DNA of 34,917 bases from a virus (IMGVR_UViG_2541047813_000003:1-34917); one strand, 5' to 3'. Shown: positions 16,514 to 30,800, numbered from the stretch's first letter. Notes: a model not told the origin generated them from the sequence alone. Numbers and translations: made by a program.

Positions 16514-17596
16514 TTAGAACTGATAAACCAGACCTACAGCGACGATGTCGTCGGTATCAATACCAGCTGTTTTGGTAAACTTACTATCGTCAATTAAGTT
16601 GATTTTGTAATCAACAAAAGTGGACATGTTTTTATTAAAGTAGTAAGTAGCACCGACATCGACATACTTGACTAAGTCTCGGTCACCATGAACACCAAGG
16701 TCTTTACCTTTTGACTGAAGGTAAGCAACAGATGGTCGCAGACCGAAGTCAAACTGATATTGTGCTACTGCTTCAAAGTTTTGTGCTTTGTTTGCAATAT
16801 GGTTATTACCAAAAACGGTCATATTCTGAGTTTCAGAATATGTGGTAGCCAGATAGATATTGTTCGCATCATATTTCAGGCCTGCAGCCCATACTTCCGC
16901 ATTTTTGCCGGAGGCATTGAATTTGCTCTTACCATAGGCGACCTGACCGTCAGTGCGATCTGATTTAGCATAGGTTGCACCCACGCCGAATCCTTCATAC
17001 TCATAAGTAGTGGAGAAACCGAAACCATCACCATTGGCTTCAGTTACGTCAGTGCGGTCATTTTTACCCTGATACTGAGCAGCAAAGTTCAGGCCATCGA
17101 CCAGACCAAAGAAGTCGTTGTTACGATAAGTTGCAACACCAGTAGTGCGACCAGTCATGAACACATCTGTTTGGGTCCAGGTATCACCACCGAATTCTGG
17201 CAGGACGTCAGTCCACGCACCGATGTCGTATGCTACACCGTAGTTACGGCCGTAATCGATTGAGCCGTAATCACCAAATTTCAGGCCTGCAAATGCAAGA
17301 CGGGTTTTGTCTTTGGAAGAACCTTGAGATTCAGCACGGTTGCCTTTGAATTCATATTCCCACTGACCGAAACCAGTCAGTTGATCGTTGATTTGGGTTT
17401 CACCTTTGAAGCCAAGACGGGCATAAGTAGTATCACCATCATCTGCATCATTAGAGGAAAAGTAGTGCTTGGCATTAACTTTCCCGTATAGATCCAGCTT
17501 GTTACTGTCTTTATTATAAATTTCAGCTGCCTGAGCAGACATCGCCATCAGTACTGATGCAGCTACAGCAGAAATTGCCACTGTTAATTTTTTCAT
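16514..17596 (-). CDS. nmpC: Outer-membrane general porin (OmpC/OmpF family; NmpC/OmpD-like)
   Basis: 360 aa; signal peptide [23 protein letters not shown]; porin hallmarks including the C-terminal VGLVYQF beta-strand; antisense between Q and the lysis genes as in DLP12; intact here. Confidence 0.9.
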   Translation of the reverse strand: MKKLTVAISAVAASVLMAMSAQAAEIYNKDSNKLDLYGKVNAKHYFSSNDADDGDTTYARLGFKGETQINDQLTGFGQWEYEFKGNRAESQGSSKDKTRLAFAGLKFGDYGSIDYGRNYGVAYDIGAWTDVLPEFGGDTWTQTDVFMTGRTTGVATYRNNDFFGLVDGLNFAAQYQGKNDRTDVTEANGDGFGFSTTYEYEGFGVGATYAKSDRTDGQVAYGKSKFNASGKNAEVWAAGLKYDANNIYLATTYSETQNMTVFGNNHIANKAQNFEAVAQYQFDFGLRPSVAYLQSKGKDLGVHGDRDLVKYVDVGATYYFNKNMSTFVDYKINLIDDSKFTKTAGIDTDDIVAVGLVYQF

Positions 17597-18022
17597 TGTA
17601 CGCCCTTTTTTTTGAACTATTATTAAAAAATGATGTCACTGCGCGATAAATATTCATCTAATCAATGCGATTATTTCAAGATGTAAGTTTTAGTTTCTCA
17701 TTTAATTTGTGAAGTAGATCTCTATTTTTATCTGAACCTTTTCTATCTAATCCTATTCATGGCTCTTGTTTGAACGAAAATAAATCTATTAGCTAATTTA
17801 TATTAATGGCACTTATTTATAAGCGCTCTATAATTCTTTAGCTTAATTTAAACAAACTAAAAATAACATCGGAAATTATTCATTGGTTATTTGTTGAAGT
17901 TTTCTTATGTATTTGTGGTGGTGTTTTGAACACTCGGTGGCATTCTCACAAATATCATTTAGTAGTTTACGTACGTAAAAAATTGGTTATGCTGTTAAGA
18001 GTGGTTACTTCGTCACACAGCT

Positions 18023-18055
18023 TAAACCCGCCGTCGAGCGGGTTTTTCCATTTTT
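18023..18055 (+). terminator. Intrinsic terminator upstream of holin (candidate tR')
   Basis: AAACCCGC-CGTCGA-GCGGGTTT followed by TTCCATTTTTT, about 130 nt before the holin start. Confidence 0.5.
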
Positions 18056-18185
18056 TGAGTCTCGATATTAGCTGATAACCCAATACCTGAGTTATTCACT
18101 GACTCCAAATCTGTTACGTTTCTGCCTTTATTGCGATACGTAGTATCCCCTTAATTTACACCCGCTTTGTCTGCGAGGTGGGGTT

Positions 18186-18401
18186 ATGAAATCCATGGAT
18201 AAGTTAACAACGGGTGTCGCCTATGGCACCTCAGCAGGTAGTGCCGGGTACTGGTTTTTACAGTTGCTCGATAAAGTCACGCCCTCACAGTGGGCGGCAA
18301 TAGGTGTGCTGGGTAGTCTGGTATTTGGCTTGCTGACGTATCTGACAAACCTTTATTTCAAGATTAAAGAAGATAAGCGTAAGGCTGCGAGAGGTGAATA
18401 A
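18186..18401 (+). CDS. S: Class II pinholin (S21 type) with dual-start motif
   Basis: 71 aa [26 protein letters not shown]...; two TM segments; Met1 and Met4 give the antiholin/holin dual start typical of phage 21 S; GAGGTGGGG RBS. Confidence 0.9.
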
Positions 18402-18898
18402 TGTCGCCATCATTACGCAAGGCTATTGCTGCTGCTATTGGTGGTGGGGCTGTTGCCATAGCGTCTGTGCTCATCACTGGTCCGAGTGGTGACGATGGCC
18501 TGGAAGGTGTCAGCTACATACCATACAAAGATATCGTTGGCGTATGGACTGTATGTCACGGACACACCGGAAAAGACATCATGCTCGGTAAAACGTATAC
18601 CGAAGCAGAATGCAAAGCCCTCCTGAATAAAGACCTTGCCACTGTCGCCAGACAAATTAACCCGTACATCACAGTCGATATACCGGAAACAACGCGCGGC
18701 GCTCTTTACTCATTCGTTTACAACGTGGGCGCTGGCAATTTCAGAACATCGACGCTTCTTCGCAAAATAAACCAGGGCGATATCAAAGGCGCATGTGATC
18801 AGCTACGGCGCTGGACATACGCTGGCGGTAAGCAATGGAAAGGGCTGATGACTCGCCGTGAGATTGAGCGTGAAGTCTGTTTGTGGGGGCAACAATGA
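18401..18898 (+). CDS. R: SAR endolysin (T4-lysozyme-like muramidase, R21 type)
   Basis: 165 aa; N-terminal Gly/Ala-rich signal-arrest-release TM segment ([18 protein letters not shown]) followed by a lysozyme domain; start overlaps the holin stop (TAATG). Confidence 0.9.
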   Translation: MSPSLRKAIAAAIGGGAVAIASVLITGPSGDDGLEGVSYIPYKDIVGVWTVCHGHTGKDIMLGKTYTEAECKALLNKDLATVARQINPYITVDIPETTRGALYSFVYNVGAGNFRTSTLLRKINQGDIKGACDQLRRWTYAGGKQWKGLMTRREIEREVCLWGQQ

Positions 18899-18986
18899 GC
18901 ATGATTTGCTTTTTCATGGCAGCGTTGCTCGCATTCAATGGCAACGATGCGTGGCCGTGGTTTCTGGCTGTTGGAGTGTTGATGTC

Positions 18987-19448
18987 ATGAGTCGGTTAAC
19001 CGCGATTATCTCCGCTCTGCTCATCTGCATCATCGTCTGCCTGTTATGGACTGTTAATCATTACCGTGATAACGCCATTACCTACAAAGCCCAGCGCGAC
19101 AAAAATGCCAGAGAACTGAAGCTGGCGAATGCGGCAATTACTGACATGCAGATGCGTCAGCGTGATGTTGCTGCGCTCGATGCAAAATACACGAAGGAGT
19201 TAGCTGATGCGAAAGCTGAAAATGATGCTCTGCGTGATGATGTTGCCGCTGGTCGTCGTCGGTTGCACATCAAAGCAGTCTGTCAGTCAGTGCGTGAAGC
19301 CACCACCGCCTCCGGCGTGGATAATGCAGCCTCCCCCCGACTGGCAGACACCGCTGAACGGGATTATTTCACCCTCAGAGAGAGGCTGATCACGATGCAA
19401 AAACAACTGGAAGGAACCCAGAAGTATATTAATGAGCAGTGCAGATAG
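18987..19448 (+). CDS. Rz: Inner-membrane spanin Rz
   Basis: 153 aa from the ATG at 18987 ([21 protein letters not shown]...); N-terminal TM, coiled-coil periplasmic domain; near-identical to lambda Rz. Confidence 0.85.
   Translation: MSRLTAIISALLICIIVCLLWTVNHYRDNAITYKAQRDKNARELKLANAAITDMQMRQRDVAALDAKYTKELADAKAENDALRDDVAAGRRRLHIKAVCQSVREATTASGVDNAASPRLADTAERDYFTLRERLITMQKQLEGTQKYINEQCR
19207..19389 (+). CDS. Rz1: Outer-membrane lipoprotein spanin Rz1 (embedded in Rz, +1 frame)
   Basis: 60 aa with lipoprotein signal and lipobox (LPLVVVGC), proline-rich mature part; entirely within Rz. Confidence 0.8.
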   Translation: MRKLKMMLCVMMLPLVVVGCTSKQSVSQCVKPPPPPAWIMQPPPDWQTPLNGIISPSERG

Positions 19449-19479
19449 AGCTGCCCATATCGATGGGCAACTCATGCAA

Positions 19480-19773
19480 TTATTGTGAGCAATAGACACG
19501 CGCTTCCAGCGGAGTATAAATGCCTAAAGTAATAAAACCGAGCAATCCATTTACGAATGTTTGCTGGGTTTCTGTTTTAACAACATTTTCTGCGCCGCCA
19601 CAAATTTTGGCTGCATCAACAGTTTTCTCCTGTCCAATTCCCGAAACGAAGAAATGATGGGTGATGGTTTCCTTTGGTGTTACTGCTGTCGGTTTGTTTC
19701 CAACAGTAAACGTCTGTTGAGCACATCCTGTAATAAGCATTGCCAGAGCGGCAGAAAACAACATTTTTTTCAT
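19480..19773 (-). CDS. bor: Bor lipoprotein (serum-resistance family)
   Basis: 97 aa from the ATG at 19773 (MKKMLFSAALAMLITGCAQQTF...); lipobox ITGC; near-identical to lambda Bor. Confidence 0.9.
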   Translation of the reverse strand: MKKMLFSAALAMLITGCAQQTFTVGNKPTAVTPKETITHHFFVSGIGQEKTVDAAKICGGAENVVKTETQQTFVNGLLGFITLGIYTPLEARVYCSQ

Positions 19774-20251
19774 CTTATTATCCTGCATTGTTAAAAACGG
19801 CAGAATCCTATGTGACAACAATTAAACGATAGTTAAATGGATTGATGAAAATTAAAACTATATAGGTGGATGCTCAGCCTATTGGAGGAGGGAGGCACTC
19901 AGAATCCTGTGGAATGAAATAAACCGCTCTATCTGTCCATTACCCTTTTAGCTGCGCTGTATCGTCGCCGTATTCCCGCATTAACCATGACCGTAGCCCG
20001 ACGGGGAATTCCTTCTGCGTGAGTGTGCGGGAATAATCAAAAACGATGCACACCGGGTTTTTACCGCGTTTATGGTTCGCGGGGGGGGGGCCCTCATGCT
20101 CGCCAGTCCTGTGCGGGGGTGGAAGAAACAGGACGTGTATTCAGGTCTGTGTGACTGTGGTCGCAAGACTTTTGTCGTTCAGCTATTAAATCCCATTACG
20201 AAGTAGACCAGAACGGCCAACGGGTCCTTTCCGGCGATCCGACAGGTTACG

Positions 20252-20263
20252 GGGCGGCGACCT
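20252..20263. other. cosN cohesive-end sequence
   Basis: GGGCGGCGACCT preceded by ...CCGACAGGTTACG, i.e. the lambda right-end/left-end junction as I remember it. Confidence 0.8.
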
Positions 20264-20420
20264 CGCGGGTTTTCGCTATTTATGAAAATTTTCCGGTTTA
20301 AGGTGTTTCCGTTCTTCTTCGCCGTAACCTAATGTTTTTATTTAAAACACCCCCTGAAAAGAAAGGAAACGACAGGTCCTGAAAGCGAGCTTTTTGGCCT
20401 CTGTCGTTTCCTTTCTCTGT
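20264..20420 (+). promoter_or_regulatory. cosB terminase-binding region (R3, IHF site, R2, R1)
   Basis: Three CGTTTCC-containing R elements (about 20305-20320, 20361-20376 inverted, 20401-20416) with an AT-rich bend site between, as in lambda cosB. Confidence 0.6.
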
Positions 20421-20440
20421 TTTTGTCCGTGGAATGAGCA

Positions 20441-20960
20441 ATGGAAGTCAACAAAAAGCAGCTGGCTGACATTTTCGGTGCGAGTATCCGTACCATTCAG
20501 AACTGGCAGGAACAGGGAATGCCCGTTCTGCGAGGCGGTGGCAAGGGTAATGAGGTGCTTTATGACTCTGCCGCCGTCATAAAATGGTATGCCGAAAGGG
20601 ATGCTGAAATTGAGAACGAAAAGCTGCGCCGGGAGGTTGAAGAACTGCTGCAGGCCAGCGAGACAGATCTCCAGCCAGGGACTATTGAGTACGAACGCCA
20701 TCGACTTACGCGTGCGCAGGCCGATGCACAGGAGCTGAAAAATGCCAGAGACTCCGCTGAAGTGGTGGAAACCGCATTCTGTACTTTCGTGCTGTCGCGT
20801 ATCGCAGGTGAAATTGCCAGTATTCTCGACGGGATCCCCCTGTCGGTGCAGCGGCGTTTTCCGGAACTGGAAAACCGACATGTTGATTTCCTGAAACGGG
20901 ATATCATCAAAGCCATGAACAAAGCAGCCGCGCTGGATGAACTGATACCGGGGTTGCTGA

Positions 20961-20986
<26 letters not shown>
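20441..20986 (+). CDS. nu1: Terminase small subunit Nu1
   Basis: 181-aa translation essentially identical to lambda Nu1 (MEVNKKQLADIFGASIRTIQNWQEQGMPV...). Confidence 0.95.
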
Positions 20987-24667
<3,681 letters not shown>

Positions 24668-24687
<20 letters not shown>

Positions 24688-25987
24688 TCTCCCGCATATT
24701 GCCAGTATGGCCTTTAATGAGCCGCTGATGCTTGAACCCGCCTATGCGCGGGTTTTCTTTTGTGCGCTTGCAGGCCAGCTTGGGATCAGCCGCCTGACGG
24801 ATGCGGTATCCGGCGACAGTCTGACTGCCGGAGAGGCACCCGCGACGCTGGCGTTATCCGGTGATGATGACGGACCACGACAGGCCCGCAGTTATCAGGT
24901 CATGAACGGCATCGCCGTGCTGCCGGTGTCCGGCACGCTGGTCAGCCGGACGCGGGCGCTGCAGCCGTATTCGGGGATGACCGGTTACAACGGCATTATC
25001 GCCCGTCTGCAACAGGCTGCCAGCGATCCGATGGTGGACGGCATTCTGCTCGATATGGACACGCCAGGCGGAATGGTGGCGGGAGCATTTGACTGCGCTG
25101 ACATCATCGCCCGTGTGCGTGACATAAAACCGGTATGGGCGCTGGCCAACGACATGAACTGCAGTGCAGGTCAGCTGCTTGCCAGTGCTGCCTCCCGGCG
25201 TCTGGTCACGCAGACCGCCCGGACAGGCTCCATCGGCGTCATGATGGCTCACAGTAATTACGGTGCTGCGCTGGAGAAACAGGGTGTGGAAATCACGCTG
25301 ATTTACAGCGGCAGCCATAAGGTGGATGGCAACCCCTACAGCCATCTTCTGGATGACGTCCGGGAGACACTGCAGTCCCGGATGGATGCAACCCGCCAGA
25401 TGTTTGCGCAGAAGGTGTCGGCATATACCGGCCTGTCTGTGCAGGCTGTGCTGGATACCGAGGCTGCAGTGTACAGCGGTCAGGAGGCCATTGATGCCGG
25501 ACTGGCTGATGAACTTGTTAACAGCACCGATGCGATCACCGTCATGCGTGATGCACTGGATGCACGTAAATCCCGTCTCTCAGGAGGGCGAATGACCAAA
25601 GAGACTCAATCAACAACTGTTTCAGCCACTGCTTCGCAGGCTGACGTTACTGGCGTGGTGCAAGCGACGGAGGGCGAGAACGCCAGCGCTGCGCAGCCGG
25701 ACGTGAACGCGCAGATCACCGCAGCGGTTGCGGCAGAAAACAGTCGCATTATGGGGATCCTCAACTGTGAGGAGGCTCACGGACGCGAAGAACAGGCATG
25801 CGTGCTGGCCGAAACCCCCGGTATGACCGTGGAAACGGCCCGCCGTATTCTGGCCGCAGCACCACAGAGTGCACAGGCGCGCAGTGACACTGCGCTGGAT
25901 CGTCTGATGCAGGGGGCACCGGCACCGCTGGCTGCAGGTAACCCGGCATCTGATGCCGTTAACGATTTGCTGAACACACCAGTGTAA
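24668..25987 (+). CDS. C: Head maturation protease C
   Basis: 439 aa from the GTG at 24668 (VTAELRNLPHIASMAFNEPLMLEP...), matching lambda gpC; the ORF-track start at 24533 is inside B and rejected. Confidence 0.85.
25382..25987 (+). CDS. nu3: Scaffolding protein Nu3 (in-frame internal start within C)
   Basis: ATG at 25382 in the C frame (MDATRQMFAQ...), giving a 201-aa product as for lambda Nu3; assignment by analogy. Confidence 0.6.
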   Translation: MDATRQMFAQKVSAYTGLSVQAVLDTEAAVYSGQEAIDAGLADELVNSTDAITVMRDALDARKSRLSGGRMTKETQSTTVSATASQADVTGVVQATEGENASAAQPDVNAQITAAVAAENSRIMGILNCEEAHGREEQACVLAETPGMTVETARRILAAAPQSAQARSDTALDRLMQGAPAPLAAGNPASDAVNDLLNTPV

Positions 25988-25996
25988 GGGATGTTT

Positions 25997-26329
25997 ATGA
26001 CGAGCAAAGAAACCTTTACCCATTACCAGCCGCTGGGCAACAGTGACCCGGCTCATACCGCAACCGCGCCCGGCGGATTGAGTGCGAAAGCGCCTGCAAT
26101 GACCCCGCTGATGCTGGACACCTCCACCCGTAAGCTGGTTGCGTGGGATGGCACCACCGACGGTGCTGCCGTTGGCATTCTTGCAGTTGCTGCTGACCAG
26201 ACCAGCACCACACTGACGTTCTACAAGTCCGGCACGTTCCGTTATGAGGATGTGCTCTGGCCGGAGGCTGCCAGCGACGAGACGAAAAAACGGACCGCGT
26301 TTGCCGGAACGGCAATCAGCATCGTTTAA
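25997..26329 (+). CDS. D: Head decoration protein D
   Basis: 110 aa from the ATG at 25997 ([12 protein letters not shown]...), matches lambda gpD. Confidence 0.9.
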   Translation: MTSKETFTHYQPLGNSDPAHTATAPGGLSAKAPAMTPLMLDTSTRKLVAWDGTTDGAAVGILAVAADQTSTTLTFYKSGTFRYEDVLWPEAASDETKKRTAFAGTAISIV

Positions 26330-26385
26330 CTTTACCCTTCATCACTAAAGGCCGCCTGTGCGGCTTTTTTTACGGGATTTTTTTT

Positions 26386-27411
26386 ATGTCGATGTACACA
26401 ACCGCCCAGCTGCTGGCGGCAAATGAGCAGAAATTTAAGTTTGATCCGCTGTTTCTGCGTCTCTTTTTCCGTGAGAGCTATCCCTTCACCACGGAGAAAG
26501 TCTATCTCTCACAAATTCCGGGACTGGTAAACATGGCGCTGTACGTTTCGCCGATTGTTTCCGGTGAGGTTATCCGTTCCCGTGGCGGATCCACCTCTGA
26601 ATTTACGCCGGGATATGTCAAGCCGAAGCATGAGGTGAATCCGCAGATGACCCTGCGTCGCCTGCCGGATGAAGATCCGCAGAATCTGGCGGACCCGGCT
26701 TACCGCCGCCGTCGCATCATCATGCAGAACATGCGTGACGAAGAGCTGGCCATTGCTCAGGTCGAAGAGATGCAGGCCGTTTCTGCCGTGCTTAAGGGCA
26801 AATACACCATGACCGGTGAAGCCTTCGATCCGGTTGAGGTGGATATGGGCCGCAGTGCGGCGAATAACATCACGCAGTCCGGCGGCACGGAGTGGAGCAA
26901 GCGTGACAAGTCCACGTATGACCCGACCGACGATATCGAAGCCTACGCGCTGAACGCCAGCGGTGTGGTGAATATCATCGTGTTTGATCCGAAAGGCTGG
27001 GCGCTGTTCCGTTCCTTCAAAGCCGTCAAGGAGAAGCTGGATACCCGTCGTGGCTCTAATTCCGAGCTGGAGACAGCGGTGAAAGACCTGGGTAAAGCGG
27101 TGTCCTATAAGGGGATGTATGGCGATGTTGCCATCGTCGTGTATTCCGGACAGTACGTGGAAAACGGCGTCAAAAAGAACTTCCTGCCGGACAACACGAT
27201 GGTGCTGGGGAACACTCAGGCACGCGGTCTGCGTACCTATGGCTGTATTCAGGATGCGGACGCACAGCGCGAAGGCATTAACGCCTCTGCCCGTTACCCG
27301 AAAAACTGGGTGACCACCGGCGATCCGGCGCGTGAGTTCACCATGATTCAGTCAGCACCGCTGATGCTGCTGGCTGACCCTGATGAGTTCGTGTCCGTAC
27401 AACTGGCGTAA
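26386..27411 (+). CDS. E: Major capsid protein E
   Basis: 341 aa, matches lambda gpE. Confidence 0.95.
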   Translation: MSMYTTAQLLAANEQKFKFDPLFLRLFFRESYPFTTEKVYLSQIPGLVNMALYVSPIVSGEVIRSRGGSTSEFTPGYVKPKHEVNPQMTLRRLPDEDPQNLADPAYRRRRIIMQNMRDEELAIAQVEEMQAVSAVLKGKYTMTGEAFDPVEVDMGRSAANNITQSGGTEWSKRDKSTYDPTDDIEAYALNASGVVNIIVFDPKGWALFRSFKAVKEKLDTRRGSNSELETAVKDLGKAVSYKGMYGDVAIVVYSGQYVENGVKKNFLPDNTMVLGNTQARGLRTYGCIQDADAQREGINASARYPKNWVTTGDPAREFTMIQSAPLMLLADPDEFVSVQLA

Positions 27412-27452
27412 TCGTGGCCCTTCGGGGCCATTTTCTCTCTGTGGAGGAGTCC

Positions 27453-27851
27453 ATGACGAAAGATGAACTGATTGCCCGTCTCCGCTCGCTGGGTGAACAA
27501 CTGAACCGTGATGTCAGTCTGACGGGGACGAAAGAAGAACTGGCGCTCCGTGTGGCAGAGCTGGAAGAGGAGCTTGATGACACGGGCGACACTGCCGGTC
27601 AGGATACCCCTCTCAGCCCGGAAAATGTGCTGACCGGGCATGAACATGAGGTGGTATCAGCGCAGCCGGATACCGTGATTCAGGATACGGCTGAACTGGT
27701 CACGGTCGTGGCACTGGTGACGCTGCATACTGATGCACTTCACGCCACGCGGGATGAACCTGTGGCATTTGTGCTGCCGGGAACGGCGTTCCGTGTCTCT
27801 GCCGGTGTGGCAGCTGAAATGACAGAGCGCGGCCTGGCCAGAATGCAATAA
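27453..27851 (+). CDS. FI: DNA packaging protein FI
   Basis: 132 aa from the ATG at 27453 (MTKDELIARLRSLGEQL...), matches lambda gpFI. Confidence 0.85.
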   Translation: MTKDELIARLRSLGEQLNRDVSLTGTKEELALRVAELEEELDDTGDTAGQDTPLSPENVLTGHEHEVVSAQPDTVIQDTAELVTVVALVTLHTDALHATRDEPVAFVLPGTAFRVSAGVAAEMTERGLARMQ

Positions 27852-27862
27852 CGGGAGGCGCT

Positions 27863-28216
27863 GTGGCTGATTTCGATAACCTGTTCGATGCTGCCATTGC
27901 CCGCACCGATGAAACGATACGCGGGTACATGGGAACGTCAGCCACCATGACATCCGGTGAGCAGTCCGGCGCAGTAATACGTGGTGTTTTTGATGACCCT
28001 GAAAATATCAGCTATGCCGGACAGGGCGTGCGCGTTGAAGGCTCCAGCCCGTCCCTGTTTGTCCGGACTGATGATGTGCGGCAACTGCGGCGTGGAGACA
28101 CGCTGACCATCGGTGAGGAAAACTTCTGGATAGATCGTGTTTCGCCGGATGATGGCGGAAGCTGTCATCTCTGGCTTGGACGGGGCGTACCGCCTGCCGT
28201 TAACCGTCGCCGCTGA
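27863..28216 (+). CDS. FII: Head-tail joining protein FII
   Basis: 117 aa, GTG start, matches lambda gpFII. Confidence 0.9.
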   Translation: MADFDNLFDAAIARTDETIRGYMGTSATMTSGEQSGAVIRGVFDDPENISYAGQGVRVEGSSPSLFVRTDDVRQLRRGDTLTIGEENFWIDRVSPDDGGSCHLWLGRGVPPAVNRRR

Positions 28217-28227
28217 AAGGGGGATGT

Positions 28228-28806
28228 ATGGCCATAAAAGGTCTTGAGCAGGCCGTTGAAAACCTCAGCCGTATCAGCAAAACGGCGGTGCCTGGTGCCG
28301 CCGCAATGGCCATTAACCGCGTTGCTTCATCCGCGATATCGCAGTCGGCGTCACAGGTTGCCCGTGAGACAAAGGTACGCCGGAAACTGGTAAAGGAAAG
28401 GGCCAGGCTGAAAAGGGCCACGGTTAAAAATCCGCAGGCCAGAATCAAGGTTAACCGGGGGGATTTGCCCGTAATAAAGCTGGGTAACGCGCGGATTGTC
28501 CTGTCCCGACGCAGGCGTCGTAAAAAGGGGCAGCGTTCAGCCCTGAAAGGTGGCGGCAGCGTGCTTGTGGTGGGAAACCGTCGTATTCCCGGCGCGTTTA
28601 TTCAGCAACTGAAAAATGGCCGCTGGCATGTTATGCAGCGTGTGGCCGGGAAAAACCGTTACCCCATTGATGTGGTGAAAATCCCGATGGCGGTGCCACT
28701 GACCACGGCGTTTAAACAGAATATTGAACGGATACGGCGTGAGCGTCTTCCGAAAGAGCTGGGCTATGCGCTGCAGCATCAACTGAGAATGGTAATAAAG
28801 CGATGA
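28228..28806 (+). CDS. Z: Tail completion protein Z
   Basis: 192 aa, matches lambda gpZ. Confidence 0.9.
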   Translation: MAIKGLEQAVENLSRISKTAVPGAAAMAINRVASSAISQSASQVARETKVRRKLVKERARLKRATVKNPQARIKVNRGDLPVIKLGNARIVLSRRRRRKKGQRSALKGGGSVLVVGNRRIPGAFIQQLKNGRWHVMQRVAGKNRYPIDVVKIPMAVPLTTAFKQNIERIRRERLPKELGYALQHQLRMVIKR

Positions 28807-29198
28807 AACATACTGAACTCCGTGCAGCCGTACTGGATGCACTGGAGAAGCATGACACCGGGGCGACGCTTTTTGATGGTCGCCCCGCTGTTTTTGATGA
28901 GGCGGATTTTCCGGCAATTGCCGTTTATCTCACCGGCGCTGAATACACGGGCGAAGAGCTGGACAGCGATACCTGGCAGGCGGAGCTGCATATTGAAGTT
29001 TTCCTGCCTGCTCAGGTGCCGGATTCAGAGCTGGATTCGTGGATGGAGTCCCGGATTTATCCGGTGATGAGCGATATTCCGGCACTGTCAGATTTGATCA
29101 CCAGTATGGTGGCCAGTGGCTATGACTACCGACGCGACGATGATGCGGGCCTGTGGAGTTCAGCCGATCTGACGTATGTCATTACCTATGAAATGTGA
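28803..29198 (+). CDS. U: Tail terminator protein U
   Basis: 131 aa, matches lambda gpU. Confidence 0.9.
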   Translation: MKHTELRAAVLDALEKHDTGATLFDGRPAVFDEADFPAIAVYLTGAEYTGEELDSDTWQAELHIEVFLPAQVPDSELDSWMESRIYPVMSDIPALSDLITSMVASGYDYRRDDDAGLWSSADLTYVITYEM

Positions 29199-29205
29199 GG
29201 ACGAT

Positions 29206-29946
29206 ATGCCTGTACCAAATCCTACAATGCCGGTGAAAGGGGCCGGGACCACACTATGGGTTTATAAGGGGAACGGTGACCCTTATGCGAACCCGCTTTC
29301 AGACGTTGACTGGTCGCGTCTGGCAAAAGTTAAAGACCTGACGCCCGGCGAACTGACCGCTGAGTCCTATGACGACAGTTATCTCGATGATGAGGATGCG
29401 GACTGGACTGCGACCGGGCAGGGGCAGAAATCAGCCGGAGATACCAGCTTCACGCTGGCGTGGATGCCCGGAGAGCAGGGGCAGCAGGCGCTGCTGGCGT
29501 GGTTTAATGAAGGTGATACCCGTGCCTATAAAATCCGCTTCCCGAACGGCACGGTCGATGTGTTCCGTGGCTGGGTCAGCAGTATCGGTAAAGCGGTGAC
29601 GGCGAAGGAAGTGATCACCCGCACGGTGAAGGTCACCAATGTGGGACGCCCGTCGATGGCAGAAGATCGCAGCACGGTAACAGCGGCCACCGGCATGACG
29701 GTAACGCCAGCCAGTGCTTCCGTAGTGAAAGGGCAGAGCACGACGCTGACCGTGGCATTCCAGCCGGAAGGCGCAACCGACAAGAGCTTCCGTGCGGTGT
29801 CAGCGGATAAAACAAAAGCCACCGTGTCGGTCAGTGGTATGACCATCACCGTGAACGGCGTTGCTGCAGGCAAGGTCAACATTCCGGTTGTATCCGGTAA
29901 TGGTGAGTTTGCTGCGGTTGCAGAAATCACCGTCACCGCCAGTTAA
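29206..29946 (+). CDS. V: Major tail tube protein V
   Basis: 246 aa from the ATG at 29206 ([22 protein letters not shown]...), matches lambda gpV including the C-terminal Ig-like region. Confidence 0.9.
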   Translation: MPVPNPTMPVKGAGTTLWVYKGNGDPYANPLSDVDWSRLAKVKDLTPGELTAESYDDSYLDDEDADWTATGQGQKSAGDTSFTLAWMPGEQGQQALLAWFNEGDTRAYKIRFPNGTVDVFRGWVSSIGKAVTAKEVITRTVKVTNVGRPSMAEDRSTVTAATGMTVTPASASVVKGQSTTLTVAFQPEGATDKSFRAVSADKTKATVSVSGMTITVNGVAAGKVNIPVVSGNGEFAAVAEITVTAS

Positions 29947-29961
29947 TCCGGAGAGTCAGCG

Positions 29962-30384
29962 ATGTTCCTGAAAACAGAATCATTTGAACATAACGGCGTG
30001 ACCGTCACGCTTTCTGAACTGTCAGCCCTGCAGCGTATTGAGCATCTTGCCTGGTTGAAAGAGCAGGAAAAAAAGGCTGAATCCAGCGGCAACCTGCAGG
30101 TGTCTGTAGAGGATCTTATCAGAGGCGGGGCGTTTCTGGTGGCGATGTCTCTGTGGCATAACCATCCGCAGAAGACAAAGCTGCCGTCCATGAATGAAGC
30201 CATTACGCAGATTGAGCAGGAAGTGCTTACCACCTGGCCCACGGAGGCAATTGCTCAGGCTGAAAACGTGGTGTTACGTCTGTCCGGAATGTCTGAGTTT
30301 GTGGTGAATAATTCCCCTGAACAGGCAGATGACGCCGGGCCTGCAGAGCCTGTTTCTGCGGGAAAGTGTTCGTCGGTGAGCTGA
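29962..30384 (+). CDS. G: Tail assembly chaperone G
   Basis: 140 aa, matches lambda gpG; contains the slippery site near its 3' end. Confidence 0.9.
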   Translation: MFLKTESFEHNGVTVTLSELSALQRIEHLAWLKEQEKKAESSGNLQVSVEDLIRGGAFLVAMSLWHNHPQKTKLPSMNEAITQIEQEVLTTWPTEAIAQAENVVLRLSGMSEFVVNNSPEQADDAGPAEPVSAGKCSSVS

Positions 30385-30800
30385 GTTTTGCCCTGAAACT
30401 GGCGCGTGAGATGGGGCGACCCGACTGGCGCGCCATGCTTGCCGGGATGTCATCCACGGAGTATGCCGACTGGCACCGCTTTTACAGTACCCATTATTTT
30501 CATGATGTTCTGCTGGATATGCACTTTTCCGGGCTGACGTACACCGTGCTCAGCCTGTTTTTCAGCGATCCGGATATGCATCCGCTGGATTTCAGTCTGC
30601 TTAACCGGCGCGAGGCTGACGAAGAGCCTGAAGATGATGTGCTGATGCAGAAAGCGGCAGGGCTTGCCGGAGGCGTTCGTTTTGGCCCGGACGGGAATGA
30701 AGTTATCCCCGCTTCCCCGTATGTGGCGGACATGATGGAGGATGACGTAATGCTGATGACAGTATCAGAAGGGATCGCAGGAGGAGTCCGGTATGGCTGA
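30360..30800 (+). CDS. T: T portion of the G-T fusion, expressed by -1 programmed frameshift
   Basis: Slippery heptamer G GGA AAG at 30360-30366 in the G frame; the -1 frame continues as the 144-aa T ORF to 30800, as in lambda G/GT. Confidence 0.75.
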   Translation, partial: GKVFVGELSFALKLAREMGRPDWRAMLAGMSSTEYADWHRFYSTHYFHDVLLDMHFSGLTYTVLSLFFSDPDMHPLDFSLLNRREADEEPEDDVLMQKAAGLAGGVRFGPDGNEVIPASPYVADMMEDDVMLMTVSEGIAGGVRYG

